Of a DNA stretch of 61,428 nucleotides, positions 59,849-61,428 are shown piece by piece; positions within the stretch are counted from its first letter, which is position 1, and every line of letters starts with the position of its first letter. Below the pieces are notes generated by a model that did not search any database, was not told where the DNA came from, and saw nothing but the letters and a program-made list of their open reading frames with translations. The translations under genes were made by a program, and so were the position numbers. Source of the DNA: Candidatus Omnitrophota bacterium (GTDB lineage: Bacteria; Omnitrophota; Gorgyraeia; Aquiviventales; JACQRC01); contig JACQRC010000044.1 of assembly GCA_016206665.1 (NCBI GenBank), forward strand, positions 1 through 61,428. The letters are read 5' to 3'.

Positions 59849-60463
59849 GTGGTCGTCCTCGGCATCACCGGCGGGCTCTCGACCGGCAAATCCACCGTCG
59901 CCCACCTGTTCGAGCGGTTGGGGGCCGCGCGCCTTGATGCGGATGCGATGGCGCACCACGCGATGCGGCCGGGGACGGCCGTGTGGCGGCGGATCGCGCG
60001 CCGCTTCGGGCGGGAGGTCGTGCGCCGCGACCGCTCGATCAATCGCCACGCGCTGGCGGCGTTGGTCTTTCAGGATCGCGCGGCGCTGGTGGCGCTGTGC
60101 CGGATCGTGCATCCGCCGGTGATCGCGGAGATACGGCGGCGGCTGCGTCGGCTGCGGCGGACGCATCCGCAGCAACTGGTGGTCGTGGAAGCGCCCCTGC
60201 TCTTTGAGACGGGGTTGGCCTCATCCATGGATCATGTGGTGGTGGTCACGGCACCGGTCGCGGTCGCGTTCCGGCGGGCGCGCGGGCGTTCGGGGTTCAC
60301 GCGCTCGGAGTTCGCACGGCGGTGGCGCGCGCAGATGCCACTGCGCCGGAAAGCGGCCCAGGCCGATTTTGTCATCAGGAACAGCAGCACGTTAGCAGCA
60401 GCGAGGAGGCAAGTCAGCGTCCTATGGCGGAAACTGAGAGCAAGGAACAGCGGCTCGATTTAG
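59849..60463 (+). CDS. coaE: Dephospho-CoA kinase
   Basis: [29 protein letters not shown]. Confidence 0.94.
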   Translation: MVVLGITGGLSTGKSTVAHLFERLGAARLDADAMAHHAMRPGTAVWRRIARRFGREVVRRDRSINRHALAALVFQDRAALVALCRIVHPPVIAEIRRRLRRLRRTHPQQLVVVEAPLLFETGLASSMDHVVVVTAPVAVAFRRARGRSGFTRSEFARRWRAQMPLRRKAAQADFVIRNSSTLAAARRQVSVLWRKLRARNSGSI

Positions 60464-61428
60464 CGGATCTGAAGGACCGGAAGATCTCGGAGCTGACCAA
60501 GATGGCCCGGGATCTGAACGTCAACGGCATCTCGGGCCTCAAGAAGCAGGACTTGATCTTCAAGATCCTGCAGGCGCAGACCGAAAAGGAGGGCCTCATT
60601 TTCGGGGAGGGGGTGCTCGAAATCCTCACCGATGGCTTCGGCTTCCTCCGGTCGCCGACCTACAACTATCTGCCCGGCCCGGACGACATCTATGTGTCGC
60701 CGTCGCAGATTCGGAAGTTTGACCTGCGCACCGGGGATATCGTGAGCGGCCAGATCCGGCCGCCCAAGGAGGGCGAGCGGTACTTTGCGCTGCTCAAGGT
60801 CGAGGCGGTCAACTTTGAGAACCCGGAGGAGACGAAGGATCAGGCCTTCTTCGACAATCTCACTCCGCTCTATCCCCAGGAGCGGTTTCGGCTCGAGACG
60901 GCTCCGAATGAGATCTCGATGCGGATCATGGATCTCTTGACACCGCTGGGGAAGGGCCAGCGCGGCCTCATCGTCGCCCCGCCGTACAGCGGCAAGACGA
61001 TCCTGCTGCAGAAGATGGCCAACAGCATCACCACCAATTTTCCCGAGGTGGTGCTGATCGTGCTGCTGATCGATGAGCGGCCGGAAGAGGTGACGGACAT
61101 GCAGCGCATCGTGAAGGGCGAGGTCATCAGCTCGACCTTCGACGAGCCGGCCGAGCGGCACGTGCAGGTGGCCGACATCGTGCTGGAAAAGGCGAAGCGC
61201 CTCGTCGAGCACAAGAAGGTTGTGGTGATCCTGCTCGACTCGGTCACCAGGCTGGCGCGCGCCCTCAACACCGGCATCCCGCACAGCGGCAAGATCCTCT
61301 CGGGCGGCGTGGATTCGAACGCGCTGCACAAGCCCAAGCGCTTCTTCGGGGCGGCGCGCAACATCGAAGAAGGAGGGTCGTTGACCATCATCGGCACCTG
61401 CCTGATTGACACCGGCTCCCGGATGGAC
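60424..61428 (+). CDS. rho: Transcription termination factor Rho (3' partial)
   Basis: Own translation from ATG 60424: [51 protein letters not shown]; runs off the window end. Confidence 0.96.
   Translation, partial: MAETESKEQRLDLADLKDRKISELTKMARDLNVNGISGLKKQDLIFKILQAQTEKEGLIFGEGVLEILTDGFGFLRSPTYNYLPGPDDIYVSPSQIRKFDLRTGDIVSGQIRPPKEGERYFALLKVEAVNFENPEETKDQAFFDNLTPLYPQERFRLETAPNEISMRIMDLLTPLGKGQRGLIVAPPYSGKTILLQKMANSITTNFPEVVLIVLLIDERPEEVTDMQRIVKGEVISSTFDEPAERHVQVADIVLEKAKRLVEHKKVVVILLDSVTRLARALNTGIPHSGKILSGGVDSNALHKPKRFFGAARNIEEGGSLTIIGTCLIDTGSRMD

Overview
GC-rich bacterial chromosomal segment in which every convincing gene lies on the + strand; gene content and order suggest a Candidatus Omnitrophota (PVC)-like organism (inference, not verified). 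It holds ROK and LacI regulators, a bioU-bioF-bioD biotin operon, aroA, mreBCD-mrdA-rodA, an ~18 kb type IV pilus locus (RHH-like protein, degenerate HAMP-GAF-GGDEF protein, pilT, stand-alone MshEN protein, two pilB, pilC, five pilin-like genes plus a PilX-like gene, pilMNOPQ) with two c-di-GMP-I riboswitches, then housekeeping genes from rng to a partial rho, including a half-size Mfd and a bactofilin-HTH fusion. The most unusual signal is two families of short palindromic elements that sit on start codons or (A/G)TGA stop-start overlaps, are flanked by short direct repeats, and mostly encode stop-free mini-ORFs whose stop again overlaps the downstream start. Related hairpins are also inserted inside both riboswitch aptamers. 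All calls come from reading the sequence by eye; no searches were run.
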